This document shows, piece by piece, positions 40,336 through 58,065 of a DNA stretch of 64,000 bases. Origin of the DNA: the human T2T-CHM13v2.0 reference genome, Homo sapiens; NCBI RefSeq assembly GCF_009914755.1, contig NC_060937.1, one strand, 5' to 3'. Positions within the stretch are counted from its first letter, which is position 1, and every line of letters starts with the position of its first letter. The position numbers and the translations under genes are program-made. The notes beneath the pieces are model-generated. The model did no database searches, had not been told where the DNA came from, and worked only from the letters and a program-made list of their open reading frames with translations.

Positions 40336-40570
40336 GGGGGAGGAGCCAAGATGGCCGAATAGGAACAGCTCTGGTCTACAGCTCCCAGCGTGACCGACGC
40401 AGAAGACCGGTGATGTCTGCATTTCCATCTGAGGTACCGGGTTCATCTCACTAGGGAGTGTCAGACAGTGGGCGCAGGCCAGTGGGTGCGCGCACGGTGC
40501 GCGAGCCAAAGCAGGGCGAGGCATTGCCTCACCTGGGAAGCACAAGGGGTCAGGGAGTTCCCTTTCCGAG

Positions 40571-40786
40571 TCAAAGAAAGGGGTGACGGACGCACCTGGA
40601 AAATCGGGTCACTCCCACCCGAATATTGCACTTTTCAGACCGGCTTAAAAAACGGCGCACCACGAGACTATATCCCACACCTGGCTCTGAGGGTCCTACG
40701 CCCACGGAATCTCGCCGATTGCTAGCACAGCAGTCTGTGATCAAACTGCAAGGCGGCAGCGAGGCTGGGGGAGGGGCGCCCGCCAT
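40571..40786 (-). CDS. ORF0: LINE-1 ORF0 (antisense, 71 aa), open
   Basis: MAGAPPPASLPPCSLITDCCASNRRDSVGVGPSEPGVGYSLVVRRFLSRSEKCNIRVGVTRFSRCVRHPFL matches the recalled primate ORF0 peptide. Confidence 0.85.
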   Translation of the reverse strand: MAGAPPPASLPPCSLITDCCASNRRDSVGVGPSEPGVGYSLVVRRFLSRSEKCNIRVGVTRFSRCVRHPFL

Positions 40787-41241
40787 TGCCCAGGCTTGCT
40801 TAGGTAAACAAAGCAGCCAGGAAGCTCGAACTGGGTGGAGCCCACCACAGCTCAAGGAGGCCTGCCTGCCTCCGTAGGCTCCACCTCTGGGGGCAGGGCA
40901 CAGACAAACAAAAAGACAGCAGTAACCTCTGCAGACTTAAATGTCCCTGTCTGACAGCTTTGAAGGGAGCAGTGGTTCTCCCAGCACGCAGCTGGAGATC
41001 TGAGAACCGGCAGACTGCCTCTTCAAGTGGGTCCCTGACCCCTGACCCCCGAGCAGCCTAACTGGGAGGCACCCCCCAGCAGGGGCACACTGACACCTCA
41101 CACGGCAGGGTATTCCAACAGACCTGCAGCTGAGGGTCCTGTCTGTTAGAAGGAAAACTAACAAACAGAAAGGACATCCACACCAAAAACCCATCTGTAC
41201 ATCACCATCATCAAAGACCAAAAGTAGATAAAACCACAAAG

Positions 41242-42258
41242 ATGGGGAAAAAACAGAACAGAAAAACTGGAAGCTCTAAAAATCAGAGCGCCTCTCCTCC
41301 TCCAAAGGAACGCAGCTCCTCACCAGCAACAGAACAAAGCTGGATGGAGAATGACTTTGACGAGCTGAGAGAAGAAGGCTTCAGACGATCAAATTACTCT
41401 GAGCTATGGGAGGACATTCAAACCAAAGGCAAAGAAGTTGAAAACTTTGAAAAAAATTTAGAAGAATGTATAACTAGAATAACCAATACAGAGAAGTGCT
41501 TAAAGGAGCTGATGGAGCTGAAAACCAAGGCTCGAGAACTATGTGAAGAATGCAGAAGCCTCAGGAGCCGATGCGATCAACTGGAAGAAAGGGTGTCAGC
41601 AATGGAAGATGAAATGAATGAAATGAAGCGAGAAGGGAAGTTTAGAGAAAAAAGAATAAAAAGAAATGAGCAAAGCCTCCAAGAAATATAGGACTATGTG
41701 AAAGGACCAAATCTACGTCTGATTGGTGTACCTGAAAGTGATGGGGAGAATGGAACCAAGTTGGAAAACACTCTGCAGGATATTATCCAGGAGAACTTCC
41801 CCAATCTAGCAAGGCAGGCCAACATTCAGATTCAGGAAATACAGAGAACGCCACAAAGATACGCCTCGAGAAGAGCAACTCCAAGACACATAATTGTCAG
41901 ATTCACCAAAGTTGAAATGAAGGAAAAAATGTTAAGGGCAGCCAGAGAGAAAGGTCGGGTTACCCTCAAAGGGAAGCCCATCAGACTAACAGCAGATCTC
42001 TCGGCAGAAACCCTACAAGCCAGAAGAGAGTGGGGGCCAATATTCAACATTCTTAAAGAAAAGAATTTTCAACCCAGAATTTCATATCCAGCCAAGCTAA
42101 GCTTCATAAGTGAAGGAGAAATAAAATACTTTACAGACAAGCAAATGCTGAGAGATTTTGTCACCACCAGACCTGCCCTAAAAGAGCTCCTGAAGGAAGC
42201 ACTAAACATGGAAAGGAACAACCGGTACCAGCCGCTGCAAAATCATGCCAAAATGTAA
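41242..42258 (+). pseudogene. L1 ORF1p with premature stop
   Basis: MGKKQNRKTG...NHAKM interrupted by TAG (Trp codon) at 41689-41691. Confidence 0.93.
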
Positions 42259-42294
42259 AGACCATGGAGACTAGGAAGAAACTGCATCAACTAA

Positions 42295-46150
<3,856 letters not shown>

Positions 46151-46529
46151 ACAATGAGATCACATGGATACAGGAAGGGGAATATCACACTCTGGGGACT
46201 GTGGTGGGGTGGGGGGAGGGGGGAGGGATAGCATCGGGAGATATACCTAATGCTAGATGACGAGTTAGTGGGTGCAGCGCACCAGCATGGCACATGTATA
46301 CATATGTAACTAACCTGCACAATGTGCACATGTACCCTAAAACTTAAAGTATAATAAAAAAAAAAGAAAAAAAAATTACAAAAGAAAAAAAAGAAAATCT
46401 ATCAACATAATTCATCACACCAATGAAGGAGAAATTATCATATCAATGTTGAAACATCTTTTGATAGAATTAGCAGCCCATTCTAGATTTTAGTGAAGTA
46501 TAATTGGTTTAGAGTGTCTGGCACATACT

Positions 46530-46952
46530 ATGATTGGTTAACCGTAACCCATTTCCAACCTCCTTTTCCCTTGACTGCTTTAATTATTGAGGTTAAATAT
46601 GTTCAGTAACTGCTTTCTTGAAGTGAGAGTTTGCCATGTGACTCATGCTCTCTGAAATCTGCTGAGGTTTTCCAATAAAACTTTTGCTAATCTGATAAAA
46701 AGAGATCAGTAGTTGGTGGCATCCCTCTCTCCCTTCTTTTTGCCTTGAATGTGACTGTGATGCCTGGAGCTGGTACAGCCATTCTGCAGCCATGAGGCAA
46801 CAAACATGAGGGATAGGCCAACCTAGTCACAAATGTATTTCTGACTTTCCTGAGCTGCTACATCAACACCAGTAGTTGTCAATCTCTAAATTTCTTGTTT
46901 AAATTACAATCAGGTTTTCTATTACATTCACCCAAACACACTCCTGACTTAA
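46530..46952 (+). mobile_element. MLT1 (J/K-like) MaLR LTR
   Basis: TGCCTTGAATGTGACTGTGATGCCTGGAGCTGGTACAGCCATTCTGCAGCCATGAGG. Confidence 0.6.
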
Positions 46953-48029
46953 TCAGAAAGAAGCAACTTAAAACCAAATACTAAAATCCCTAACAGTTAC
47001 CAAAAACCAATAGCAAATATTATTCTAAGTAATAAAATACAGACACTAATTCAATTCAAATCAAGCAAGAGATACACCAAGATGCCTTCTTCTGCCATTC
47101 TTATTCAACAATTTTCTTGAAGGTTCTAGGGAATAAAATAAGATCACTTCAAAACACACATGCACACACACACACACACCCCAGACACACCAAAGCAAAA
47201 GAAGACAAAACTAGTAAAACCCTACCATAATGCCATAAATGAATCTTCTAAAATTCAACTGTAAAGAATGTGGAGTTGTATTTTTGTGAGTTAATAAAAT
47301 GATATCAGTTGTGTAGCTAGCTGGGAATTCTGGAGTTGGGGTGTATTGTCTAAATCAATTCTGGGACTACTGATAGAACATGCGTGCTCCAGTTTAAATA
47401 TCAGTTGATTGGACTCTTCAGGACATTGGCAGTAAATCTGGGAATTTCCCACTTCTTTGGTTCCTGTTTGTTGGGGAGATTGGTCTAAGAAAATAATGGG
47501 GCTACAGGAATTCATCATCTACCTCCTCTATACATGTTTCCCACCCCTGCTCCCAGATAAAAAGTTATCTTGTTCTCATTTGAACTCAATTGCTGATTGT
47601 TTTAGAGTGGAATTTGCATTGTCGTAGAGGGCATTTTTTTCATCAATATAAGCAATGAGAAAAAGATAAAACCCTTTTTTGCTTACCATGTGATGGTTTT
47701 CTCAGAAAATCAAAGAGTCTTTAGTAAAAATCTACTAGAATTAATGCAGAATTTGCTGAAGTGTTCGGATACCAGCTAAATACAGAAAAACAATGTCTTT
47801 CACTATTTTATCAATACCCAAGTAAAGGTTAAAAATTTCATTAACTGTAATTGTAAAAACTATAACATACCTATGAAAAAACTTAACAGAATGTACAGCA
47901 CCTATAAGAAAATAAACCATTACTTGAACAAATGAACAATCATACTATATTCATGGATGGGAAGACATGCTATCATAAAAATATCTCCCCCCAATTAATA
48001 TAAATTTAAAGCAATTTCAGTTAGAGCTC

Positions 48030-48584
48030 TGCATTAGTCAGAGGGTAGGAAAAAAATATATACATATGAGTTTATTGGAAAGAATTGGCTCGAACGATTA
48101 CAAGGCAAAGTCCCATAATAGGCCATCTGTAAGCTGGGAAGACAGAAGCCGGTAGTAGCTCAGTCCAAGTCTGAAAGCCTCAAACCAGGGAAGCCAACAG
48201 TGCAGTCTTCAGTCTGTGGCCCAAGGCCCAAGAGCCCCTGCCATGCCACTCGTGCAAGTCCCAAAGTGCAAAGGCCAAAGAACCTGAAGTCTAATGTCCA
48301 AGGGCAGGAGGAGTTGGAGGAAGCATGCAGCATGGGAGAAAGAAGGCAGCCCGAAGACTCAGCAAGCCAGCTTCTTTCCACCTTCTTCCGCCTGCTTTTG
48401 TTCTAGCTGAGGTGACAGCCAACGGGATGGTGCCCACCCACCTTGAAGGTGGGTCTTCCTTTCCCAATTCACTGACTTAAATATCAATCTCCTGTGGCAA
48501 CACCCCCCTAGACACACCCAGAAACAATACTTTACCAGACATCTAGACATCCTTCAATCAAATTGACATCTAATATTAACCATC
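48030..48584 (-). mobile_element. MLT2 (ERVL) solo LTR
   Basis: GAAGCCGGTAGTAGCTCAGTCCAAGTCTGAAAGCCTCAAA; ends TTGACATCTAATATTAACCATCA. Confidence 0.8.
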
Positions 48585-49134
48585 AAAACGCCAACAGTGT
48601 TGCATTTGTTTGTTTGCTGGTTGGAATTGGGTAATGTGATGTTCAAGATTATTCAAAAGGATAACTGTATCTGAGATTGCTAAAAAATATTAAAAACAAT
48701 AGTGAGAGAGTCTTTCCATTACCATATTTCAGGACATATTCTAAAGTCACTGTAATAAAACCAACCTGATATAAGCAGGATAAAAAAGAATATGGAGCAA
48801 AGTAGAGAATTAGAAATGGATTCCTCTCAGTAGGAAGAGCTTGATTTATTTAATCAAAGACGTTGGCTCAACTGGTTCTCCATCTTGAGGAAAATCAAAT
48901 TAGTTCCTAATTTATATCATAGTCTAGAATGAAAAAAGTTAATACAAAAAGAGAACAATAAAAATTATAAAAGAAATTTGGAAAGCTGAAAGTACTACCC
49001 AGGATTTGAGGAAAATTTTATTAAGATGGAAATCCCAGAATTTATAAAAAGAAAGCTTAACTTATTATATTAACTTAACTTATTATATTATATATAATAT
49101 AGAAGAAATACAGATTACAAATGCATTTGACAGA

Positions 49135-51681
49135 TGTATTAGGCTGTTTTTGCATTGCTATACAGAAATACCCAAGGCTGAGTAATTTATAAAGCCAAAA
49201 GGTTTAATTGGTTCATCATTCTTCAAGTTGTAGAATCATGGCATCAACATTTGGTTGGTTTCTGGTGAGCACCTTGGGAAGCTTACAGTCATGGTGGAAA
49301 GCAAAGTGGGAGCAGGCACATCACATGGCAAGAGCAGGAGCAAGCGAGCGAGGTTGGAGAGATTCGAGACTTTTAAACAACAAGATCTCACATGAACAAG
49401 CTGAGTGAGAACTCACTTATCACCAGGGAGATGGTGCTAAACCATTTATGAGGGATCTGCCCCCATGATCCATTCACTTCCCACCCGGCCCCACCTCCAA
49501 GATTGGGAGTTGTGTTTCAACACGAGATTGGAAGGGGACAAATATTCAAACCATATCATTCTGCTCCTGGTTCCCCAAATCTCATGTTCCTCTCACATCT
49601 CAAAATACAATCATGCCTTCACAATAGTTCTCTAAAGTCTTAACTTGTTGCAGTAATAACTCAAAAGTTATTGAGTTGAGACTCAATCACTTTAGTTACT
49701 GACTAAAGTCCCAAGTTCCAAGTCCCAATTCTCATCTTGAGATGAGTTCCTTCCTCCTATGAGCCTGTGACATCAAAAACAAATTATTTACTCCCAAGAT
49801 ACAATGATGGTACAGGCATTGGGTATATATTTCCATTCCAAAAGGGAGAAGTTGGTCAAAAGAAAGAGGCTACAGACCTCGCACAAGTCTGAAACCCAGT
49901 AGGGCAGACATTAAATCTTGAAGCTCCAAAATAATCTCCTTTGACTTCATGTCCTGCATCCAGGGCACGATGGTTCAAGGGGTGGGCTCCCAAGGACTTG
50001 GGCAGCCCTGCTCCTGTGACTTTGCAGGGTTCAGCCCCCATGACTTCTCTCAGGGGTTGTAGTTGTGTGCCTGCAGCTTTTCCACGTTAAGGATGTGAGC
50101 TGTCAGTGGATCTACCAGTCTGGGATCTGGAGGGCAGCAGCCTCCTTCCCACAGCTGCACTAGGCAGTCCTCTGGTGGGGACTCTGTGTGGGGCCTCCAA
50201 TCTCACATTTTCCCTCTGCACTGCCCTAGTAGAGGTTCTCTGTGAAGGCTCTGTTCCTGTGACAGGCTTCTGCCTGGGCCCCAGGCTTTCTCATACATGC
50301 TCTGAAATCTAGGTGGAGGATGCCAAGCCTTCTTCACTCTTACATTCAATGCACCTGCAGGCTTAATACCATGTGGAAGCTACCAAGGCTTATGGTGGCT
50401 TGTGCTCTCCCAAGGGGAGGCCTGAGCCGTATCTGGGGCCCTTTGGGCCAAGGCTGAAGCCGCAGCAGCTGGGATATGGGGAGCAGTGTCCTGAGGCTGC
50501 ACAGGGCAGTGGGGCCCTCGCTGTGGCCCACAACTAGGGCCTCCTAGGCCTCTGGACCTGTGATGGGAGGATCTGCCTCAGAGATTTCTGAAATGTATTT
50601 GAAGCCTTTTTCCCTTTGTCTTTGATAGTAGCACTTGGCTCCCTTTTAGTCATACTAATCTCTCTAGCAAGTGACTGCTCCACAGCCAGCTTGTATTTCT
50701 CTCCTGAAAATGCCTTTTCCTTTTCTACCAAATGGCCAAGTTGTGAATTTTCCAATTTTTTTTAATGCTCTGCTTCCCTTTTAAATATAAGTTCCAACTT
50801 TAAGTAATTTATTTGCTGCCATATCTAATTGTAGGCTGTTTGAAGCAGACGGCCACTTCTTGAATGCTTTGCTGTTTAGAAGTTTCTTCCACCAGATACC
50901 CTGTCTTCACTCTTAAGTTCTAACTTCCACAGATCCCTAGGGCATGAACACAATGCAGCCAAGTTCTTTGCTAAGGCATAACACAAATGACCTTCACTCC
51001 ATTTCCCAATAACTTCCTTATTTCCATCAGAGACGTCCTTAGCCTGACCTTCACTGTTCATATTTCTGTGAGCATTTTGGTTACAACCATTTAACCAGTC
51101 TCTAAGAAGTTCCAAACTTTTCCTCATCTTCCTGTCTTCTTCTGAGGCCTTCAAACTCATCCAACCTCTACCCATTACCCAGTTCCAAAGCTGCTTCCAC
51201 ATTTTCAAGTATCCTTATAACAATGTCCCACTCCTTGGTATCAATTTTCTGTATTAGGCTGTTTCTGTGTTGCTATAAGGAAATACTTGAGACTGTGTAA
51301 CTTATAAAGAAAAGAGATTTAACTGGCGTACCATTCTACAGGCTGCACAGGAAGCATGAAAGCAACATCTGCTCGGCTTCTGCTGAGGGCCTCAGGAAGC
51401 TTACAATCATGGTGGAAGGCAAAGTGGAAGCAGGCATGTCACATGGTTAGAGTGAAAGCAAGAGGGCAGAGGGTGAGGTGAGATGTCTCAGACTTTTAAA
51501 CAACCAGATCTCATGTGAACTAATGGAGTGAGAACTCACTTATCACCAAATAAATGATTCTAAACCATTCATGAGGGATCCATCCCCGTGATCCTATCAC
51601 CTCACACCAGGCCCCGCCTCCAATAATGGGAATTACATTTCAACATGAGATTTGAAGGGGACAAACATCCAAACTACATCA
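49135..51681 (-). mobile_element. Complete MST-type MaLR provirus (LTR-int-LTR)
   Basis: LTRs 49135-49558 and 51250-51681 (TGTATTAG...ATCA); internal ORF remnant 50876-51208; 5-bp TSD ACAGA/ATAGA. Confidence 0.9.
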
Positions 51682-52474
51682 ATAGACAATGTGTTAAAAT
51701 CTATATATATAATGATCTCTTACAAGTTTGACAAAAACATAAAGAAAAGGATACAAAAAAACCCCAAAATAGGCAAAAAGATATGAGTAAGTACTATGGA
51801 AGAGCAGATACTAGGGGCCAGAAACATAGAAAAAGGTGGTCAGATTTAGTAATAGGGAAATGATTTACTACTACTTTAGATCCTGCATTAATATGACTTT
51901 AGACTGACAAAAAGGAAAAACAATGGTAACACCTATTACTGACAGGTATGCAAGAAAATCTAAATTGCTACTAAAAATATGAATTGTTATTGCCATTTTA
52001 AAAAGTGTTCTGAATTTTTATCTATCGCAATTCATTATGATAAAGATGCACTTACCTTTCAAACCAGCCCTCTTCAAAATGCAGTCTCGTAGGAATGTAC
52101 TTTGTAGAAATAAAAGGTTTAAGTCAAGGATGCTTATTGATGCATTGTTTGTAGTGCAAAAATTGAGAAGCAAAATGAATGCACATCAGTAAAGGAATGG
52201 TTGAATTGTATCAGTGTATCAGTCAGGATTTAATGCAGGAAATAGAAAGCACTCCATGTGTTTTCTGTAGAAAGAGATGTACTACAAGGAATTATAGGGT
52301 TACTCAATCATTGGAAGGGCTGTGACTCCTAAAACATCACAGAACTGACCCATTGAGGAGGTCACCACTAAGCATGTATGATATGATCATATATAGGTAA
52401 AATGGTGTGTGTGAGATTTTATGAACATGGAGGAAAGTATGGAGTGCTTTACACTAGGTAGTAGACACACGTTA

Positions 52475-52509
<35 letters not shown>

Positions 52510-52724
52510 TGAGGCTGATATGAGGGAGGAGAGCAAGGAGGAGGAGGCAAGCAGAGAGGCAAAAAATGCTGTCCTAAACTCAAGCATATATATGATCCCA
52601 TTCATGCAAAATTATATTATTGTGCACATATATGACTATGATTGGAGAAATTAGAATAAAAACTAGGATTAAATCTATATCCAGTGATGATACCTATGTT
52701 TGCTGACCTTGAGGGTGGAATAGT

Positions 52725-53345
52725 CTGTTGTAGTAATAGCCTCCAATGAAGCCATATGCTTGTGCAGTCTCCTCTTCCTCTGGCCCTGGACCTGGCCATG
52801 TGACTTGCTCTGGCCAATGGGACAAACATGTTGCAAGCAGAAGCTTCTATCTGTGCACTTGGCTTGCCCCCTTGGAATGCTACCACCATGTGAAGACATC
52901 TGCTGGACACATATTGCCAAGCTGATAGCACCAACTACCAACATGTGAGTGAAGCCATTTGGACTATTCAGCTGCTAAATGACTGTTTTCACATGAATTA
53001 CCCCAGGGGAGAACAGCAGAAGAACTGTCCAGCTGAGCCTTGCTCCAATTGCTAACCTTCAGAATCATAAGGAAATAAATGACTGCTATTTTAAGCTGGA
53101 GGTTAGCAAACTTTTTCTTCAAAGACCAGAGAGTACATATTTTAGGCTTGTGGGCCGCATGGGCTTTATCACAACTGCTTACCTCTGTGTTGTAGGGCAA
53201 AGCCAGCCATAGACAATAAAAAAATGAATGGTGTATCTGTGCTCCAATAAAAGTTTTATTTACAAAGACAGATGGCTGGTTCACAGCCTGTAGTTCGGCA
53301 ACCCCATATTAAATTAGTCAGTTATGCTGCAATCACTAACTGATA
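52725..53345 (+). mobile_element. MLT1F-like LTR interrupted by MER58A
   Basis: GGCCATGTGACTTGCTCTGGCCAATGG; CAGCTGAGCC...AGAATCATAAGGAAATAAATG. Confidence 0.65.
53096..53306 (+). mobile_element. MER58A hAT MITE
   Basis: GGTTAGCAAACTTTTTC...ATATTTTAGGCTTGTGGGCC...GTAGTTCGGCAACCCC. Confidence 0.75.
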
Positions 53346-54721
53346 AAGAGAAATGTCCATCATATTGTCAAGTGGAGAAAGTCAGGTTGTAGAATGCTGT
53401 ATAGAGTGTGATTTTATATTGTCAAAAAAAAACCCTTAAAAAACCCAGAAAACCTCTTGTATATGTGCACGTCTGCATGAATACATATAAATAAGTGAGG
53501 ATAAAGTTCCAGAAGAATATATACCAGCCTTTTGACTCTGGATGCAAAGTAGTGGAGAATTGGGTGTAAGCATGGTGGAGGTATACTGAAATGAATAGTT
53601 TTATGTTGTTTCATGTTTTACAATGAGCATATTAATTCTGAACTTTGAAAAAAGATAAATATAGAAAAATATACGTAAGTGCCTTGAAATTTTCATTCAG
53701 CGTGGTTGAAGATCGCATAAAGCTAATGATGCTGTCCATGGAAGGCATAAAAAATGTTCTCTAGCTCCATCTTCCATCATCACTAGAGGATGCAAGGACT
53801 TTGCCATGGGGCAGGAGTGGGTGGCTGGTGGTAACAGGAAGGATGTACCTGCTGAGGATGAGCAGTAATTTTCTGTTTGAGTCTGTTTTCCTAGGCTTGG
53901 ATTTTCCGAAGGTAGAACAGAGGTCTGAAAGTCACGGTCATTGCTTAATGGCCTGGCCACCTAATAATTCATGAAGGTCATCCATCTTGCTTTCTCTGAC
54001 TAGATCTTTTTGGATTGAGTCTCTGCTTTTGGCCAACTGCTGCCTTGCCACAAGAATACCTCACCAAAACAGCAGGGCCTTCTGGCAAGCTCTTGCCATC
54101 ATTAGCGTGGGCTGTGGGAGTCTGTGTTATAATTTGTGAAAACGTGTCCTCACTGGAATGTAAAATTTCTTCTTTTCTCTGCAGAAAACCTCTCTTGATT
54201 GATCATTTCAGTTGTTGTGAGAAGGAAATCATTTATAAGAAGAATCATTGAATAGCATAGCAAGTTTTAAAAAAGCATTTAATAGCCTCTGGCAGAAATT
54301 CCCTATTGAGTCAGTGAGTGTGGGCAGAGAATGTGAGATGAGCCCTCATACAGTGGAATTTTACAGTGAATCCTTTGGCCCTCTGACACTTAGCCATCCC
54401 CTCACAGAAAGGCCAGTTGAGTCAATCAGGAAGAATTGCTCTCAGGCCCAGATGACTGACAATTTAAACATATTTGGAAACTATGACTAATACACATGGG
54501 TGGAGAAATTTTTTGAAGGGGGCTGTTTAAGAAAAACTATTTGAACTAATAGTACTTCATTTAAACACACATATTAGGCATAAGTATGCATATGTATCTC
54601 ATATACACATATATATGCATGTATGTATCATATACATCTCTCTCTCACACACACACCCCTTATCCTGCACAATGTTTTAGCAGTTTGATATCTATTATCG
54701 CATTTAAATAAGCATATAGAC

Positions 54722-54933
54722 TTTTTTGGAGACAGGGTCTCACTCTACTGCCCAGGCAGGAGAACACTGGCACAATCATGGCTCACTGCAGTCTTGACCT
54801 CCTGGGCTCAAGCAATCCTCCCACCTCAGCCTCTCAAATAGCTAAGACCACGGGCAGGCACCATAATGCCTGGCTAATTTATTTATTTTAAATGTTTTTG
54901 TAGAGATGAGGTCTCCCTATGTTGTCCAGGCTA
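54722..54933 (-). mobile_element. AluJ-type, partial
   Basis: GAGACAGGGTCTCACTCT...CCTGGGCTCAAGCAATCCTCCCACCTCAGCC. Confidence 0.85.
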
Positions 54934-55732
54934 GAATAGACTTACTGATAATGATTTAAGTCAATGTTTGGTTTAGTCTTAATTTACCTGTACAAGAAAA
55001 GAATTTCATCAACTGATGATATTATGCTGATGTGACAATAAATTTTGAAGTTATTTTAGCTTCACAGTGAACCTGATTCCTATAGATTTCTCGGTGGCAG
55101 GGCAAGAAGGAACAGAGCAGGCACATGCAATGAAGGTGCTAGTTTTTCAAATGCTAGCATGGCCCACAGTGGTGGGGGAGGAGGGCATAAACCACCCTTT
55201 TTTTGTCCTCTGTGAACCGAAGGTAAGAATCAGGAATAAAATACACAAAGGGAGTTAGAACTACCAAACCCAGCCATACTTTAAGGACATGGAACAGAAT
55301 CCCTTTGAGAATATATTGATTTTTTGTGTTTATTTTTAAAGAAAAAAAAGATAATACCACCATAACCAAATAGGATTTGACACAGTGAAATGAAATTGCA
55401 GGAATTGATTTGGGAAAAGGTCTCCCACCATGTGAAAAAGGTTTGGAATAAATGGCCTTGAGGACCCTCCCAGGCTAATTTCCTTGATTGTATATTTACA
55501 TGACTACTAGGACACAGGATATCTGGTGTCAATCAAGCACCACAATCCCTTGGGCAGGATGGCTTCAGTATTGCATCTCAGCTGAGCTGCATCTAGGCTT
55601 TAAGACTGGTTTATAGGTTAAAAAAAATTAACAGTTGGATACAATGTTCACTATTGGGGTGATAGGTACACTAGAAGACCTAATCTCATAATTATGCAAT
55701 TATCCATGTAACAAATCTGCATATGTACTCCC

Positions 55733-56107
55733 TGTGTTAATCTGTTCTCACACTGCTATAAAGAAATACCTGAGACTGGGTAATTTATAAAGAAAAGAGA
55801 TTTAATTGACTCACAGTTCCACAGGCTGTACAGAAATCTTGGCTGAGGAGGCCTCAGGAAACTTACAGTCATGGCAGAAGCAAGCACATATTCACATGGT
55901 GACAGGAAAGAGAGAGAGAGAGCAAAGGGGGAAGGGCTACATGCTTTTAACCATCAGATACTGTGAAAACTCACTCACTATCACGAGGACAGCAAGGGGG
56001 AAATCCACCCCCATGATCCAATCACCTTCCACCAGGTCCCTCCCCCAACACTGGGAGTTACAATTCAACATGAGATTTTGGTGGGGACATAGAGCCAAAC
56101 CATACTA
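55733..56107 (-). mobile_element. MSTA-like solo LTR, inserted in an L1M 3' UTR fragment
   Basis: CACTGCTATAAAGAAATACCTGAGACTGGGTAATTTATAAAG...GGGGACATAGAGCCAAACCATA. Confidence 0.85.
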
Positions 56108-56317
56108 CCTTCTGAGTTTAAAATTTAAAAAAAGATACAGAAAAGAGATACTGGTTTATGCACTCTCTTGATAATTCAAGAACTTTAGTTCTGGAAATTT
56201 GGAGACAGAGGGACTCTAGAATTTAACCTGTCCCAGCTGCAGAGGAGTGCAACCCCTTTCTCAATGCTTTGCTAGGATGAATGACAAAAACAGTGGCTAA
56301 AGTTGGGAGAAACACAG

Positions 56318-56665
56318 TGCATTAGTTCATTTTCACACTGCTATAAAAATGTTACCTGAGACTGGGTAATTTATAAACAAAAGAGATTTAGTTGACTCAT
56401 AGTTCTGCATGGCTGGAGAGACCTCAGGAAACTTACAATCATGGCGGAAGGCGAAGGGGAAGCAAGGCACCTCTTACATGGAGGCAGGACAGAGAGAGAG
56501 CTCAGGAGAAACTGCCACTTTTAAACCATCAGATCTCATGAGAACTCGCTCAATATCATGAGAACAGCATGGGGGAAACCACCCCCGTGATCCAGTCACC
56601 TCTCACTAGGTCGCCCCCTCGACATGTAGGGATTACAATTCCAGATGAGATTCTATCTGGGACAA
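56318..56665 (-). mobile_element. MSTA-like solo LTR
   Basis: CCTGAGACTGGGTAATTTATAAAC...CTCAGGAAACTTACAATCATGGCGGAAGG. Confidence 0.85.
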
Positions 56666-56884
56666 GAAGATGGGTTTTTGAGGGCATTGGCTTGTCCTTT
56701 GTCTTTCATGCCCCTTTGCCAGCATTTGATGGGGAAGGGCCTGACAGAGAACAGAAAGGAGATTTTAATGGGCGCACGAAGCTTCTGATTGCCTGTCTCT
56801 CCAACCTAGATGTGGCTGGCTGCCTTGATGTTGGCTTCAGGGAGGCAGTTCTGTGAGGGGAGGCCTTTGCTCACATGCAGGAGC

Positions 56885-57125
56885 AACACAGTGTAGAAGT
56901 TAAGCACATGGAGTCTGGAATCAGACTCTTACCAGCTGCATGACTTTGGGCAAATAACATACCATGTTTCAGTTTCTTCACCTATTCAGATGAACATAAT
57001 GATATCCTTATAGGTTACTTGTGCTGATTAAATTATGTTTCCATATGAAAATACACTATTATAGGCATGTAATAATCCAAGTACTGGGCACAAAAAAACC
57101 ATAATTTAAGTACTTAATAAATCAT
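56885..57125 (+). mobile_element. MIR
   Basis: GTTAAGCACATGGAGTCTGGAATCAGAC...TGACTTTGGGCAAATAAC...CAGTTTCTTCACCT. Confidence 0.65.
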
Positions 57126-58065
57126 TCCATACATTTATTGTTTCTCACAAAGCATTTATTGATATTCTTGTGGGCAGATAGAGTCAGATCAACACTAACT
57201 CCTATGCCAAAGCGTTCATAGACCCTGATCTCGGTATTTTTCTTGGAATATGTGGGAGGGCATTCATTGGAGGTGTGCTCCAAATTTAAGTGATTGGCTG
57301 AATTGAAATAAGCCTGATTATGTGGAAGAAGGAGGTGGCAGTCCATGAGGACAGGCTAGGGAACAGAAACAACTAAAAGCAGCATTTTGTTAGCTGAATG
57401 CTGTGCTTGAGGGGCCTTCAACCAAGTTCTGTCAGTGAGACTTGTATTCCCTGCACAAAGGTGCTGCTCATCAATAACATTTATTCCATTATTATCCAAT
57501 CATAGAGCCTGATGACAGTCCTTCATTATCCACTTGAGAGGACTTTTCTTTGACTCTAACTGCATAGCAGAGAACAGGAACCAGCTGCTGACTGGGGAGG
57601 GCAGACACATAATCACTCAGCTTGTATTAATGCAGCGCAGGGAAAGTGACAAGTCTGCAGTTCATGTTCTTACAAAGATGATGAGCTGTCTCAAACCAGC
57701 AATTTGGCTAAAAAAGAGTCTGCAAGACTCCAAGTAAATTTGTCATTTTATGTTCTCCTCCTCTTTCCTAAGTGTTAATGCAAGTTTGCAGTTGAATTTC
57801 AGATATTCTGAAATCTCATTTCCTGGCATTCATTGATGCTACACTGGAAGCAGGATGCTAAGTTGCTAAGGACAGTATATTTTTCTTTTGCACCCAGTGA
57901 ATCTCAGAACAACATATACGTATACGTATACTTTTTCTATTATTCTTTTTGCTGTGACTTTATAATCTTCTGACCTAGAAGCTATCTCATTTCATTTAGT
58001 TCTTGAAATTTTTGGTGAGCCATTGTTTACAATACCAACATTACTCCATGAGTGCCCAGATTTTT

